A stretch of DNA of 64,000 nt from an uncultured delta proteobacterium (GCA_963755125.1 CAVWIP010000008.1:224001-288000), one strand, 5' to 3'; counted from the stretch's first letter, positions 28,816 through 39,135 are shown. The notes: generated by a model not told the origin, from the sequence alone. Numbers and translations: made by a program.

Positions 28816-29909
28816 GCCACGCCTCCCAGACGCCGGCGCATGCGGCCGATGGCAAATTCACCAAGCAGGTTGGTGGCCAGGGTGAAAGCGAAAAGCAGCA
28901 CACCGAGGAAGAAGAGCACCGTGTAGTGCGCGCCGCCGAACACCACCTCGGCCAGCTCGGCCGCGATGGTGGCAGACACCGTGCGCACCGAGTCCGCCGG
29001 GCTGGCCGATAAAATAGCTGCGTTGCCCGAAGCCATGAGCACGATCATGGTCTCCCCGACCGCGCGCCCGAGGCCCAGCGCGATGCCGGCCGCGACGCCA
29101 GGACCGGCTGCCGGAACGACTACACGAACGATGGTTTGCCAGCGAGCCGCGCCAAGCGCGGTGGAAGCCTCGACGTAGCTGCGCGGGACAGCGCCGAAAG
29201 CCTCCTCGCTCACGGTGAAGATTACTGGGATGATGGCGAAGGACAGGGCCACACCGGCCACCAGCGCATTGAGACGGGAATCGAGACCAAGTGCCTGCTG
29301 GAGCCAGGTGGCCATCACCATGAGGGCAAAGAAACCCAGCACCACCGAGGGAACGCCAGCCAGTAGCTCGACCGTCGGTTTGACGATCTCGCGCAGCCGA
29401 CGGCCTGCATATTGCGACACGAAGAGAGCGGCGCCCACACCCAATGGCACCGCCACCAGCATGGCGACCAGTGTCACTTTCAGGGTCCCGACCACCAAAG
29501 GCCACGCCGCGTACTTGGGGATCTCGGAAACCGGCTGCCACACATGCTCGGCGGCGTCGTACCCGGGCCACTGTTGCGCGAACCACATCTTGGCCAGCGT
29601 GACCTCTTTCCAAATCGCCGAGTCGTGCAGCAGCGGCCATGCCTCCTTGCCGATGAAGACAAAGATGAGGATGATCGCGGCGATGGAGCTGAAGGCGAGA
29701 ACGCGGATCGCCGCCTCGGCGAGCGCGTGAAACCTGGGACGGCGGCTGGCAAGCCGAGGCCGATCGGCTCGTCGATGGTTGCTAGGGCCACTGGCCTCGA
29801 CCGGCTGCGATCCGGCAGATGGCGAGCTCGCCTGCGTCGGGGCTGCCAGCCCGACCGCCATGACACGGCCTGGGTGATGCGTCAACGGCTGCTCGCTGAT
29901 GGTGCCCAT
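28812..29909 (-). CDS. pstC: Phosphate ABC permease
   Basis: ELLAGVPSVVLG, GRAVGETM; exact start uncertain. Confidence 0.93.
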   Translation of the reverse strand: MGTISEQPLTHHPGRVMAVGLAAPTQASSPSAGSQPVEASGPSNHRRADRPRLASRRPRFHALAEAAIRVLAFSSIAAIILIFVFIGKEAWPLLHDSAIWKEVTLAKMWFAQQWPGYDAAEHVWQPVSEIPKYAAWPLVVGTLKVTLVAMLVAVPLGVGAALFVSQYAGRRLREIVKPTVELLAGVPSVVLGFFALMVMATWLQQALGLDSRLNALVAGVALSFAIIPVIFTVSEEAFGAVPRSYVEASTALGAARWQTIVRVVVPAAGPGVAAGIALGLGRAVGETMIVLMASGNAAILSASPADSVRTVSATIAAELAEVVFGGAHYTVLFFLGVLLFAFTLATNLLGEFAIGRMRRRLGGVA

Positions 29910-29946
29910 CTCTCACCAAAGTCAACCAACCTCCGGCGACGCTGGG

Positions 29947-29975
29947 GTGACTGGACTGTGACAGTCGTGTGACAA
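29947..29975 (-). promoter_or_regulatory. Triple Pho-box-like repeat between pstS and pstC
   Basis: Minus strand TTGTCAC-ACGA-CTGTCAC-AGTC-CAGTCAC. Confidence 0.7.
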
Positions 29976-29979
29976 GAGG

Positions 29980-30861
29980 CTACTTGATCGGGTAGTAGCC
30001 CACCTTGGTCACGATGGCCTGGCCTTGGGCCGAAAGCACCCAGTCCACGAACGCACCCACGTCCCCGGTCGGCTTGTCGCGCAGATAGAAGAACAGCGGC
30101 CGGCTCAACGGGTAGCTCCCGTCCTTCACATGCGCTTCGTCCGAGGCAACCGCCGGGCTGCCAGCGTCCTGCTTGACCTTGAGCACCTTGATGCCCTTGG
30201 CGTACGCCGCGCCACCGTATCCGATGCCGAACTTCTCCTTGGCCACCGCGTTCACCACCGCCGCGGTGCCAGGCATGCTCTGCGCGCGCACCGTGTAGTC
30301 GGCATTCTTGAGCACGTGCTCCTTGAAGAACACATAGGTGCCCGAGCTGTTTTCGCGAGAGTACACCACGATCTTGGCGTCCGGCCCACCCAGCTCCTTC
30401 CAGTTGGTGACCTTGCCGGTGAAGACCAGCTTGAGCTGATCCATGGTGATCTCGTTCAGCGGGTTGCTGGCGTTCACGTACACCGACAGGCCGTCGCGCG
30501 CCACCGGGATCTCGACGCCGACCGTGGCGTAGCGGTCCCGCAGCTTCTCCTTCTCCGCGGCGCTCATGGTTCGCGAAGCCTGGCAAATCTCCGTGGTGCC
30601 GTTGATGAGTGCGCTGATCCCTGTGCCCGAGCCGCCGCCCGTCACCTGGATGGTCGCGCTCGGGTGGACGCGCATGTACTCCTCGGCCCAGCGCTGGCCC
30701 AGGATCACCATGGTATCCGAGCCCTTGACCGTAATCTCCCCGGCCGCGGCGGCAAACGGCGCCAGCAGCGCGCCAACCATCGCCAGCCACCAGGTGACCG
30801 TCTTCAAAGTGGTTCTGTTGCCCGTCGGCTTCATCGCCCGTTCGATTTGTGGTTTCTGCAT
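29980..30861 (-). CDS. pstS: Phosphate-binding protein
   Basis: ITVKGSDT, GGGSGTGI, RENSSGTY, YPLSRPLF; AAGGAG before ATG 30861. Confidence 0.95.
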   Translation of the reverse strand: MQKPQIERAMKPTGNRTTLKTVTWWLAMVGALLAPFAAAAGEITVKGSDTMVILGQRWAEEYMRVHPSATIQVTGGGSGTGISALINGTTEICQASRTMSAAEKEKLRDRYATVGVEIPVARDGLSVYVNASNPLNEITMDQLKLVFTGKVTNWKELGGPDAKIVVYSRENSSGTYVFFKEHVLKNADYTVRAQSMPGTAAVVNAVAKEKFGIGYGGAAYAKGIKVLKVKQDAGSPAVASDEAHVKDGSYPLSRPLFFYLRDKPTGDVGAFVDWVLSAQGQAIVTKVGYYPIK

Positions 30862-30895
30862 CGCAATCTCCTTGCCCGCACGATGCGCAACTCGT

Positions 30896-30913
30896 GTGAC
30901 GACCTGGTGACAA
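30896..30913 (-). promoter_or_regulatory. Pho-box-like repeat upstream of pstS
   Basis: Minus strand TTGTCAC-CAGG-TCGTCAC. Confidence 0.75.
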
Positions 30914-31062
30914 CGGAGAAACTTGTCGGTGAACCAGAGCCTGCGGACGGCGGCAACCGGTGTGACAGACGGAACGCCAGCCCCGACTACGCCCCAGGAC
31001 CACGCACTTGTGCGCGCTTCACTCTTGCCGCACACGCTCCAATGGTGAGACTTGGCTCGGCC

Positions 31063-31335
31063 TCATTTGAAACAGCGATGAGTGATCTCCTCGGATGACC
31101 GGGCCGTTTCCAGGCACGCGCGCAGGTCGTTGCGCACCTCCAGCCCGCAGCAACGTTTCAGATCGGGCGCGAAATGGTGTTCGAGTTCCCGCTGCCAGCC
31201 CGTGCGTAGGACAGTGTCACGATAGCCCTGCTCGCGAAGTTCGAGTTCGACGATGCGATCCAGTACCTGCTGGCAGTCCACTTCGCTCGCGGGCGAACTG
31301 CCCACGCGACCATCGGTTGCCACCTTCCATGCCAG
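31063..31335 (-). CDS. Small Cys-containing hypothetical protein (start uncertain)
   Basis: DCQQVLDRIVELEL..KRCC..RACL..HRCFK; purine-rich RBS-like stretch near 31340. Confidence 0.3.
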   Translation of the reverse strand: MAWKVATDGRVGSSPASEVDCQQVLDRIVELELREQGYRDTVLRTGWQRELEHHFAPDLKRCCGLEVRNDLRACLETARSSEEITHRCFK

Positions 31336-31593
31336 GTTTCCTTCCTTCTGCCAGGCATCCGGATTGTTTCGACCAGATGGCGCGCCCGCGACCCGACGGT
31401 TTCGTCGTGCCTGATATCGCCCAGATAGCGACTGAGCGGCGTCGGCCATTGCCGCCCACACTGTTACGGCAAATTGGCTGTGGTGAAATACGTTGTTAAC
31501 TGACTGTGAGTATAGTTGTTCCATAGCGATGTCTCATAATCCGCATCCAACTTGTGAAGCTGGTAATTCGTAATAGCGAAGGAGGAACGAACG

Positions 31594-33495
31594 ATGGAGT
31601 CCAAATCGGCAACAACCAACGGCAGCGCCGGGAAAGGATCAGTCAGACCCACACTGGGCCTGACCGGCCTTACCGTAAATGCCATGGCGCTGATCGCGCC
31701 GGGCGCATTCTTGTGGCTCACCTATCAGATGCAGTCCTTGTATGGCGCCCCGCTGGCCGGCTCCGCCATGTGGTTCGGCATCGTGGCCGCCCTGCTCCTG
31801 TGCTTCGCCACGGCCCTCAGTTACGCCGAGCTGTCCAAGCTCTATCCCGGGGCTGGCTCCTCGTACTTCTTCGCCGAGCAGGCCTTTCTCAATCACACCA
31901 AGGCGTATCGTTTCGCCCGCATCGCCAAGTTCATAACCGGATGGGCGAGCCACCTTTACTACTGGGTGTATCCGGGTTGCATGGTCGGTGTGACGGCCAT
32001 CCTCAGTGGCTATCTGCTGAATCAGTTCTTCCCCAATACCTTCAGCGGCTCAATCAACAGTCCCCTCTTCATGATTCTCTTTTGCGTGGGTTTTGCCTTC
32101 GGCGTGGCCTACATCGCGTTTCGCGGTGTGACGGGGACCACCGGCGTCAACGTGGCCATCAACATCGTGCAGATCACCGCACTGCTGGTGTTCTCGGTGA
32201 TGGCTATCTCCTACCGGGTTAACCACGGGGAGGGCTCGCGCGCCTTCCAACTCGTGAATGGCATTCCCGTGGACTACAATGTCGTGCAGGAGCCGGTGCT
32301 GGAGGATGGCAAGCCCAAGATGGACCCCGCCGGTCAGCCGCTGACGCAGCCGAAGATGGATGATGACGGCATGCCGGTGCCCGAGATGAAAGACGGCAAG
32401 CCGGTGCCGTTCACCATCACCTACGCCGCCAGCGAAGCCATGAAGATGGAGCCAATCGACGCTGACCATCCCACAACACTGACCCCGCACTTCAAGTTCC
32501 ACGAAAGGGCGTCCTCGGTTCCGGCGCCGCACGGATTCTCGCTCATCGTCATCCAGGCTTGCATCGCCATTCTCATCTTGGTCGGTTTCGAGTCAGTCAC
32601 GTCGATGGGCGAGGAGGCGCGCAACGCCAAGCGGGACATTCCGCGGGCCGTGCTGCTATCGCTCGGCATCCAGGGTATATTCTGTTACCTGATTGAATAC
32701 TTCGCGGCCAACTACTTTCTCAATCAGGGCTACACCATGACCAATGCGGCGGGATCGGGCGCTCCGCTGGGGGACATGATGGTGATAGTGGGCACCTGGC
32801 TGTTTGGCAGCTATCAGGCTGGCCGCGCTTTCATGCTGGTGCAGGCGCTGACTGTGTTCCTGGCGCTGATTGGCACCACGCTGTCTTGCCTCAACACCGG
32901 GGCGCGCGTGACCTACGCCATGGGCCGCGACGAGGAGATGCCCTCGCACTTCGGCATGTTGCACGGCAAGACCCTCACGCCGCACCGGTCGATCTGGACG
33001 CTGGCTGCAATTTCGGCGGTCATCGGCATTGTGACAGTGTCGCTGTACCTTGGCGGCACCACGCCGTCCGCACTGGAGCCCAAGTTCCAGAACCTGTGGT
33101 ACGGCTTCGGCGTGTTCAGCCCGGAGACCTACGCCAAGCTGCCCAACTCGCTGGTGATCGCGACCCTGGTCAGCAACTTCGGCACCTTCCTGCTGTACAT
33201 GATGACCTGCATGGTGGCCATGGTGGCGTTCCGCGAGCACAAGTCGTTCAACGGATTCAAACATCTGTTCATCCCGCTGTTCGGCCTGGTGGCCAACCTG
33301 GTTTGCATGTTGTTCTACTTGGTGGGACCGTTCATGGTGGCGGGCATGAGCGTGAAGGAACCGTACATTGCGCTGGGGGCCTGTGCCGTGTGGGGCGTGT
33401 ACGGGGCGGTATACTTCCTGCGCAACAGCAAGGCCAAGGCGCGCGCCGTGATGGTGGACAAGCCGACAGTGGCGGCAGATCGAGTACCGGCGTAG
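31594..33495 (+). CDS. APC-family permease with large extracellular insertion
   Basis: MALIAPGAF, YPGAGSSY, LVGFESVTSMGEEA, ARVTYAMGRD; AAGGAGG RBS. Confidence 0.9.
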   Translation: MESKSATTNGSAGKGSVRPTLGLTGLTVNAMALIAPGAFLWLTYQMQSLYGAPLAGSAMWFGIVAALLLCFATALSYAELSKLYPGAGSSYFFAEQAFLNHTKAYRFARIAKFITGWASHLYYWVYPGCMVGVTAILSGYLLNQFFPNTFSGSINSPLFMILFCVGFAFGVAYIAFRGVTGTTGVNVAINIVQITALLVFSVMAISYRVNHGEGSRAFQLVNGIPVDYNVVQEPVLEDGKPKMDPAGQPLTQPKMDDDGMPVPEMKDGKPVPFTITYAASEAMKMEPIDADHPTTLTPHFKFHERASSVPAPHGFSLIVIQACIAILILVGFESVTSMGEEARNAKRDIPRAVLLSLGIQGIFCYLIEYFAANYFLNQGYTMTNAAGSGAPLGDMMVIVGTWLFGSYQAGRAFMLVQALTVFLALIGTTLSCLNTGARVTYAMGRDEEMPSHFGMLHGKTLTPHRSIWTLAAISAVIGIVTVSLYLGGTTPSALEPKFQNLWYGFGVFSPETYAKLPNSLVIATLVSNFGTFLLYMMTCMVAMVAFREHKSFNGFKHLFIPLFGLVANLVCMLFYLVGPFMVAGMSVKEPYIALGACAVWGVYGAVYFLRNSKAKARAVMVDKPTVAADRVPA

Positions 33496-33591
33496 AGGCG
33501 GGCTTTGCCGAGGGTCAGATCTCGGTCGGTGGTGGCGGGTATGGTGCGGGCGTCGCTCCCTTCCCTCGGGGGCGGCGCCCGCTTGGTGTGT

Positions 33592-34935
33592 TCAGGCGTG
33601 CGGGTAGGCTTGCGACCCCATTTCCAGGGAATCAAGCCCGGTCCACTCCACCTCGGACGGCACGCGGTTGCCCATGACCCGGTCGAGCAGACGGAAGAAC
33701 CCGTAGGCGAGCGCAAAAACGACAATCGCATTGCAAACCACGCCAATCAATTGTGCCAGGAGTTGACTGGCATCGCCGAACAGCAGCCCGCGCACCGGGC
33801 CAGCCACGCCATTCCAGCCCTCGCCGTAACTGCCATCGGCAAACAGGCCCACGGCCAGCGCGCCCCATGCGCCGCAGGCGCCGTGAACCGCGATCGCGCC
33901 CACTGGATCGTCGATACGCAGTCGGCGCTCGAGCAACCCCACCACCAAAAAGACCAGCGGACCGGCCAGCGCGCCAATCAATACGGCGGTGGCGGGCCCC
34001 ACGAAGGCGCAGGGCGCGGTGATGGCCACCAGGCCGCCCAGCATGCCGTTGCAGGCCATGCCGATGTCGGGCCGGCGCGACAGGTACCAGGCCGTGGCCA
34101 GGGCGGCAATGGCACCGGCCGACGACGCCAGCAGCGTATTGCTGGCCACGATGGCAATGCGACCGTCAGTGGCGTTCAGGGTCGAGGCGGTGTTGAAGCC
34201 GAACCAACCGAAAGCCAGGATGAGCGTGCCCACCATGGCCATGGGCAGATTGTGACCGGGAATGGCCGCCACGGTTTCGTCGCGCCGATACTTGCCCACG
34301 CGCGGACCGAGCACGATCGCGCCGGCCAGCGCGGTCAATCCGCCGGTCATGTGCACCACCGACGAGCCGGCGAAGTCCACGTGACCATGGCCGAGGCCCA
34401 GGTTGGCGCCCATCTGGGCCAGCCAGCCGCCGCCCCAGACCCAGTTCCCGTAAAGTGGATACAGGAACATGGACATGAACAGGCCGTAGACAAGGAACGG
34501 CAAGAATCTCCAGCGTTCAGCCATGGCGCCGGTGGGAATGGTGGCTGCCGTGTCCATGAACATGGCGGCAAACAAGAACATGGCCAGATTGACCGGATCA
34601 TTGGCAACCGAAACCAGAGCGAACTTGCCCGCGCCAATGATTCCGTAGCTGTGCTCGCCGATGTGCAGGCTGATCTCGTGCGCGGGCGCCAGGGCCGCAC
34701 CCAGGGTGGGCCAGCCATGCACTCCCCCAAGCATCAAGCCGAAACCGCACAGCCAGAAGCCCAGCACCCCGACGGGATAGACGATCATGTTCATGGCCAT
34801 GGTGTTCACCGCGTTCTTGGCGCGCGTGAAACCGGTCTCCATCATGGCGAATCCAACCTGCATGAACATGACCAGAAACGCGCCCAGCAGCACCCAGGCC
34901 AGATTGAGCGCGTGTTCGAGGGGGAAGGCTGACAT
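33592..34935 (-). CDS. amt: Ammonium transporter
   Basis: FMQVGFAMME, DFAGSSVVH, GWFGFN, IDDPVGAIAVHG (twin His present). Confidence 0.95.
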   Translation of the reverse strand: MSAFPLEHALNLAWVLLGAFLVMFMQVGFAMMETGFTRAKNAVNTMAMNMIVYPVGVLGFWLCGFGLMLGGVHGWPTLGAALAPAHEISLHIGEHSYGIIGAGKFALVSVANDPVNLAMFLFAAMFMDTAATIPTGAMAERWRFLPFLVYGLFMSMFLYPLYGNWVWGGGWLAQMGANLGLGHGHVDFAGSSVVHMTGGLTALAGAIVLGPRVGKYRRDETVAAIPGHNLPMAMVGTLILAFGWFGFNTASTLNATDGRIAIVASNTLLASSAGAIAALATAWYLSRRPDIGMACNGMLGGLVAITAPCAFVGPATAVLIGALAGPLVFLVVGLLERRLRIDDPVGAIAVHGACGAWGALAVGLFADGSYGEGWNGVAGPVRGLLFGDASQLLAQLIGVVCNAIVVFALAYGFFRLLDRVMGNRVPSEVEWTGLDSLEMGSQAYPHA

Positions 34936-34936
34936 G

Positions 34937-35938
34937 CTACAAACTCCTCTTGGTTGCGGTCGGGCGGCCCGATCCGGTTCGGTGGGGGTGACTGCACCAG
35001 ATGAGCGTGGTCAGCCCGGCCAGCACCAGCACGACGATCAGGGGCATGAGCACCCGTCGCGGCACGGAGAAACGACGGCGCGCGCGGCCCTTCTCGGGAT
35101 CGTAGGGCAGCACCGCGGCGGGATTGCGCAGATCGGCCAGCATTTCGGCCGCCCCGGCGTAGCGGTCGCGCGGCGAACGTTCCAGCGCCTTGAGCAAAAT
35201 GGCCTCCAGCGAACGATCGAAGCCAGGCACGTAATAGCTGGGTGGCGTGGGATCCTCGTTGGCCTTGGCACGCAGGAGCGCGTGCGGATTGGCGGCGGAA
35301 TAGGGCAACTCTCCTGTCAACATCTCGTACAGGATGGTGCCGAGGGCGTACACATCGGTGCGCGCATCACCGCGCCGGCCGCCGATCTGTTCGGGCGCCA
35401 TGTAGTCGGGCGTGCCGATGGTGTTGGAAAGGCCGGCCCAGGTCAGGCGCCGTGCCGAAGCGTCGAAGGCAATGCCGAAATCGAGGATCTTGGCGCAACC
35501 GGCAGCGGTGACCAGGATGTTCTCCGGCTTGATGTCGCGATGGACGACCTTGCGCTCGTGCATGTAGGCCAGCGCCTCGCACACCTGGATGGCCAGGCCG
35601 AGTGCCGTGTCGATGGCCATCGGCTTGCTCCCCTGCATGAGAGCGCGCAGGGATTTTCCCTCGACGAATTCCATCACGATGTACATGCGGCTCTTTTCCT
35701 TCGGCCGCAGCACGCGCACGATGTTGGGATACTGCAGACGCAGCCCCAGCTCCTCTTCGCGCCGGAAACGCTCGAAGAACACCACATCGCTCTCGAATTG
35801 CGGGTGCGGGATCTTGAGCACCACGGTGGCGCCGGTTTCGCTGTCGATGGCTTTGAAAATGGATGCCATTCCACTGCGCGCCAGCACGTCGGTGAGCTGG
35901 TACTGGTCGAGGCGCTCGCCGGCACTCACTTCGCGCAT
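34937..35938 (-). CDS. Hanks-type Ser/Thr protein kinase with C-terminal TM helix
   Basis: VVLK, HRDIKPEN, DFG, GTPDYMAPE; ends 1 nt before the amt start. Confidence 0.93.
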   Translation of the reverse strand: MREVSAGERLDQYQLTDVLARSGMASIFKAIDSETGATVVLKIPHPQFESDVVFFERFRREEELGLRLQYPNIVRVLRPKEKSRMYIVMEFVEGKSLRALMQGSKPMAIDTALGLAIQVCEALAYMHERKVVHRDIKPENILVTAAGCAKILDFGIAFDASARRLTWAGLSNTIGTPDYMAPEQIGGRRGDARTDVYALGTILYEMLTGELPYSAANPHALLRAKANEDPTPPSYYVPGFDRSLEAILLKALERSPRDRYAGAAEMLADLRNPAAVLPYDPEKGRARRRFSVPRRVLMPLIVVLVLAGLTTLIWCSHPHRTGSGRPTATKRSL

Positions 35939-35978
35939 CAGGACGTACTTCCGAGAAAATTCATGGGAGCCATCTTGA

Positions 35979-36860
35979 ATGTCGATCGCTAAAGAAGCAA
36001 ATCCAGACGATGCGGTGAACAGAAAGCGTTTACCTCCTGGAAACGATCTGTCGCCGCCCGCGCCGGCTGCGTTTGCCTTCGACATGGCGGCGCTCAGCCA
36101 CCCGGGAACCGAACGAGGCGACAACGAAGATTCCTGTGTCAGCCATCGTGAAAGTGACGAGTGTGGTCTGCTCGCCGTGGCAGACGGTGTCTCCAGCTAC
36201 GACGGCGGCGAGGTGGCCAGCCAGCGCGCCACCGAGGTGCTGGTGCGGTCTTTCACGGAACAGGGATCGACCGTGACCACCATGAAACGCCTGGTCCGCG
36301 CGGTCCAGCAGGCCAACATCGAAATCTACGATACCGCTGTGGTGGTGCCGCAACTCCGTCGCATGTGTACCACACTGACCGCGCTGGTGGTTCACAAGGC
36401 AGAGGCCGTGGCCGCCCACGTTGGCGACAGTCGGCTGTACCTGATCCGCGAAGAACAGATCCTCCAACTCACCAAGGACCACACCGTCGCCGCCGAGCGC
36501 GCCAGCCTGGGTCTCATCAGCAAGGAACGCCTGCGCAACCATCCCGATCGTTGCGTGCTCACCCGCAGCGTGGGACGCGAACTCATCGTGGGCGTCGACC
36601 GCATCACGCGCGAGCTGGTGCAAGATGACGTGCTCATTGTGTGCAGCGATGGCCTGTACAACTCTTTGGACGAGGCGGAGTTTCCACGAATTGTGGCCAA
36701 TTTGGATGCGGCCAGCGGCTGTCGTGCGCTCATCGATGCGGCCAACAGCATAGGTGCCTTCGACAACGTGACCGCAGCCATGGTGCGCATCACCCGTGCG
36801 CCGGCAAAGCTGGAGCCAGTGGGAGGACTTGGCAATCGTCTGAGGCGGTGGTTCCGCTGA
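35979..36860 (+). CDS. PP2C-family Ser/Thr phosphatase
   Basis: RGDNED, VADG, HVGDSR, TKDHT, CSDGL, DNVT. Confidence 0.93.
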   Translation: MSIAKEANPDDAVNRKRLPPGNDLSPPAPAAFAFDMAALSHPGTERGDNEDSCVSHRESDECGLLAVADGVSSYDGGEVASQRATEVLVRSFTEQGSTVTTMKRLVRAVQQANIEIYDTAVVVPQLRRMCTTLTALVVHKAEAVAAHVGDSRLYLIREEQILQLTKDHTVAAERASLGLISKERLRNHPDRCVLTRSVGRELIVGVDRITRELVQDDVLIVCSDGLYNSLDEAEFPRIVANLDAASGCRALIDAANSIGAFDNVTAAMVRITRAPAKLEPVGGLGNRLRRWFR

Positions 36861-37019
36861 AAAGGTACACTTCGTCAGCCGACGAAACCCAGGAAAGAAC
36901 AGCGGGTTTCCACGGGGTTTCGGGCCGGCTAAAGCGCGGCAAATACAGTCCTGGTCCTATTGCAGGGTCGTTTGATGTCTGCTTCTATTGGTTGGGTGTT
37001 CGCAAACAAGGAGAAAGAG

Positions 37020-38267
37020 ATGCGCAATTTGCTCGCTTTTGTTTTCACTGTCGCAATTGGGTTGAGTCCGCTGGTGGTATTCGGGCAGACGGCCGCACCA
37101 GCCGATGTTCCATCGGCAGGGCCGGCCCAGTCCGCGGGCGCGCCGGCCGCGCCAGCGCCGACTTCTCCAGCGGCGCCGGTCGCAGCGGCAGCGCCGGCCG
37201 CGCCAGCCGCCCCTGCGGCGCCTCCGCCGGTCGCATTCACCTGGGAGGCGCTGGTGGACGCCTACTACATGTACAACTTCACCGGCAAGCCGTCACTTCA
37301 GAGTCCGGCGGCACCCCGTGCGTTCGACGTGGAGGCCAACAGCTTTTCCCTCAACTACGCCAAACTGGGCATAGGTGCCGATACGCAATACGTCGCTTTC
37401 CGTATGGACCTGGGCGCGGGTCACACCGCAGCCATCATCAATGCGGCCAGCGGCGCAGCGAGTGCCGCGGGCGCCCTGTCCGCCAGTCAGTACGGCAATG
37501 ACTTCCTCGTGCAACAGGCATTTGGCACGGTCAAGCCCACGAGCTGGCTCAGCCTCGACGCTGGCCGCTTCGTCACCAGCGCAGGTGCAGAGGTGATCGA
37601 AGCCAACAAGAACTGGCTCTACAGCCGCTCGATGTTGTTCTATGGAATCCCACTCTTGCACACGGGCCTGCGAGTAAACGTGACCGCCAGCCCTTCACTC
37701 AAGCTACAGGCCAGCCTGGTCAACGGCTGGAACAACGACCCTGACAACAACATTGGCAAGACCTTTGGCGCCAACGCGACTTATGCACCGCCCGATTCCG
37801 GTTTGAATGCGTCGATCACCACCTACATTGGCAAAGAAGTGGCGGCCGGCTCGGGCGGCGACACGACCGTCCTTCTCGACGGCGTGATCACCAAGGACAT
37901 TGCCCAGGCATCGGTCGGCCTGAACGTCGACTATTTCAAGGTCGGCACCCCGTACTGGGTCGGGGCTGCGGCCATGGGGAAGTACGCTTTCACCGACCTT
38001 TTCAATGCGGCGGCAAGGTTCGAGCTGGTGTCGAGCAAGAACGGCGGCTACACTGCGGGCTTCCCCGCCACACCGCCAGCCACGGCCTACGCGGGCGATG
38101 CGGTGCTCTACGAAGGTACTCTGATGGGCGGCTTGACCGTGGCCAAGCACTTCGAGACCCGGCTGGAGTTTCGCGGGGATTTCGCCAACCAGGACCTGTT
38201 CAACAAGGGCGGCGTGGCCCGTAAGAACCAGTTCACCGGCCTGGTCGCCTTCCTGGCCTATTTCTAG
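37020..38267 (+). CDS. Outer-membrane porin (BBP2/DUF3138-like)
   Basis: Signal peptide, VDAYYMYNF, GAEVIEANKNWLYSRS, ends FLAYF. Confidence 0.75.
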   Translation: MRNLLAFVFTVAIGLSPLVVFGQTAAPADVPSAGPAQSAGAPAAPAPTSPAAPVAAAAPAAPAAPAAPPPVAFTWEALVDAYYMYNFTGKPSLQSPAAPRAFDVEANSFSLNYAKLGIGADTQYVAFRMDLGAGHTAAIINAASGAASAAGALSASQYGNDFLVQQAFGTVKPTSWLSLDAGRFVTSAGAEVIEANKNWLYSRSMLFYGIPLLHTGLRVNVTASPSLKLQASLVNGWNNDPDNNIGKTFGANATYAPPDSGLNASITTYIGKEVAAGSGGDTTVLLDGVITKDIAQASVGLNVDYFKVGTPYWVGAAAMGKYAFTDLFNAAARFELVSSKNGGYTAGFPATPPATAYAGDAVLYEGTLMGGLTVAKHFETRLEFRGDFANQDLFNKGGVARKNQFTGLVAFLAYF

Positions 38268-38393
38268 CTGGTTTCGCTACGGCGGCGTGGATGGGTCCTT
38301 GCTTGCCGAGAGCACCCATCCGTCCCGCGCCAGTTCGAACATTTCACCAGCAGGAAACACACTGGCAACGTATTTGGGGGGATGCTCGCTCTC

Positions 38394-38732
38394 ATGAAAA
38401 GGATTGAAGCCATCGTCAAGCCGGTCAAGCTCGACGAGCTGAAGGATCGACTGCGTCAGGCGGGCGCCCAGGGAATAACCATATCCGAGGTCAGGGGCTT
38501 TGGTCGCACCGGTGGCAAGAAGGATGCCTACCTCGGTTCGGCCTACGTCGTGGACTTCGCCCCCAAGGTCCGCATCCAGATGGTGATCGACGACAACATG
38601 GTTCAGCCCATCGTCGAGGCAATCCAGGCCACCGCGTGCACCGGCGAGATCGGCGATGGCAAGGTGTTCGTCAGTTCTGTGGTCGACGCGATTCGCATCC
38701 GCACCGGGGAACGCGGCCACGATGCTCTTTGA
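38394..38732 (+). CDS. PII nitrogen signal protein (GlnB/GlnK family)
   Basis: MKRIEAIVKP, GFGR T-loop, TGEIGDGKVF, IRIRTGE. Confidence 0.95.
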   Translation: MKRIEAIVKPVKLDELKDRLRQAGAQGITISEVRGFGRTGGKKDAYLGSAYVVDFAPKVRIQMVIDDNMVQPIVEAIQATACTGEIGDGKVFVSSVVDAIRIRTGERGHDAL

Positions 38733-38745
38733 TTAGCCGTACGGA

Positions 38746-39135
38746 ATGATTGCCCCCAAGACCATCAGTCGCCAAGAGCAGCGCACGCGCGACACGGCCC
38801 GTTTCGCAGAGGAATTCTTCGCACTGACGGGGTTTCGGCCTGTCGCCGCCTATCGGGAGTACTTGCCGCCTGGGTTTCTCGCCCGCCCGATACCCTCCCC
38901 GGCGGAGCTGGTTGCGCGATTCGGTGACCGGCTGCACACGCGCACCAGCAACGCCCTTCGGCAACAGGATCCCGGCCTGCCTAAGCGCCAGGATTGGACC
39001 TACGGCAGCCTGATCGAGCTTCGTGGCTTCGGCATGTTCTGTCTGCTCGACGTCATGCAGGCGTTGCACGAGACGGGCTCCGCGCTCGAACCGGCGCCCG
39101 TCTCGCCCCCCGCTACACCGAGGAAGGGACCGTGA
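38746..39135 (+). CDS. Hypothetical protein with RNAP alpha-CTD-like motif
   Basis: LHTRTSNAL...SLIELRGFGMFCLLDV resembles the alpha-CTD pattern LSVRxxNxL...LxxxxNFGxKS. Confidence 0.45.
   Translation: MIAPKTISRQEQRTRDTARFAEEFFALTGFRPVAAYREYLPPGFLARPIPSPAELVARFGDRLHTRTSNALRQQDPGLPKRQDWTYGSLIELRGFGMFCLLDVMQALHETGSALEPAPVSPPATPRKGP

Noticed and set aside
38362..38378. sigma54 promoter before PII
   Set aside because: TGGCAACGTATTTGG has GG rather than GC at -12
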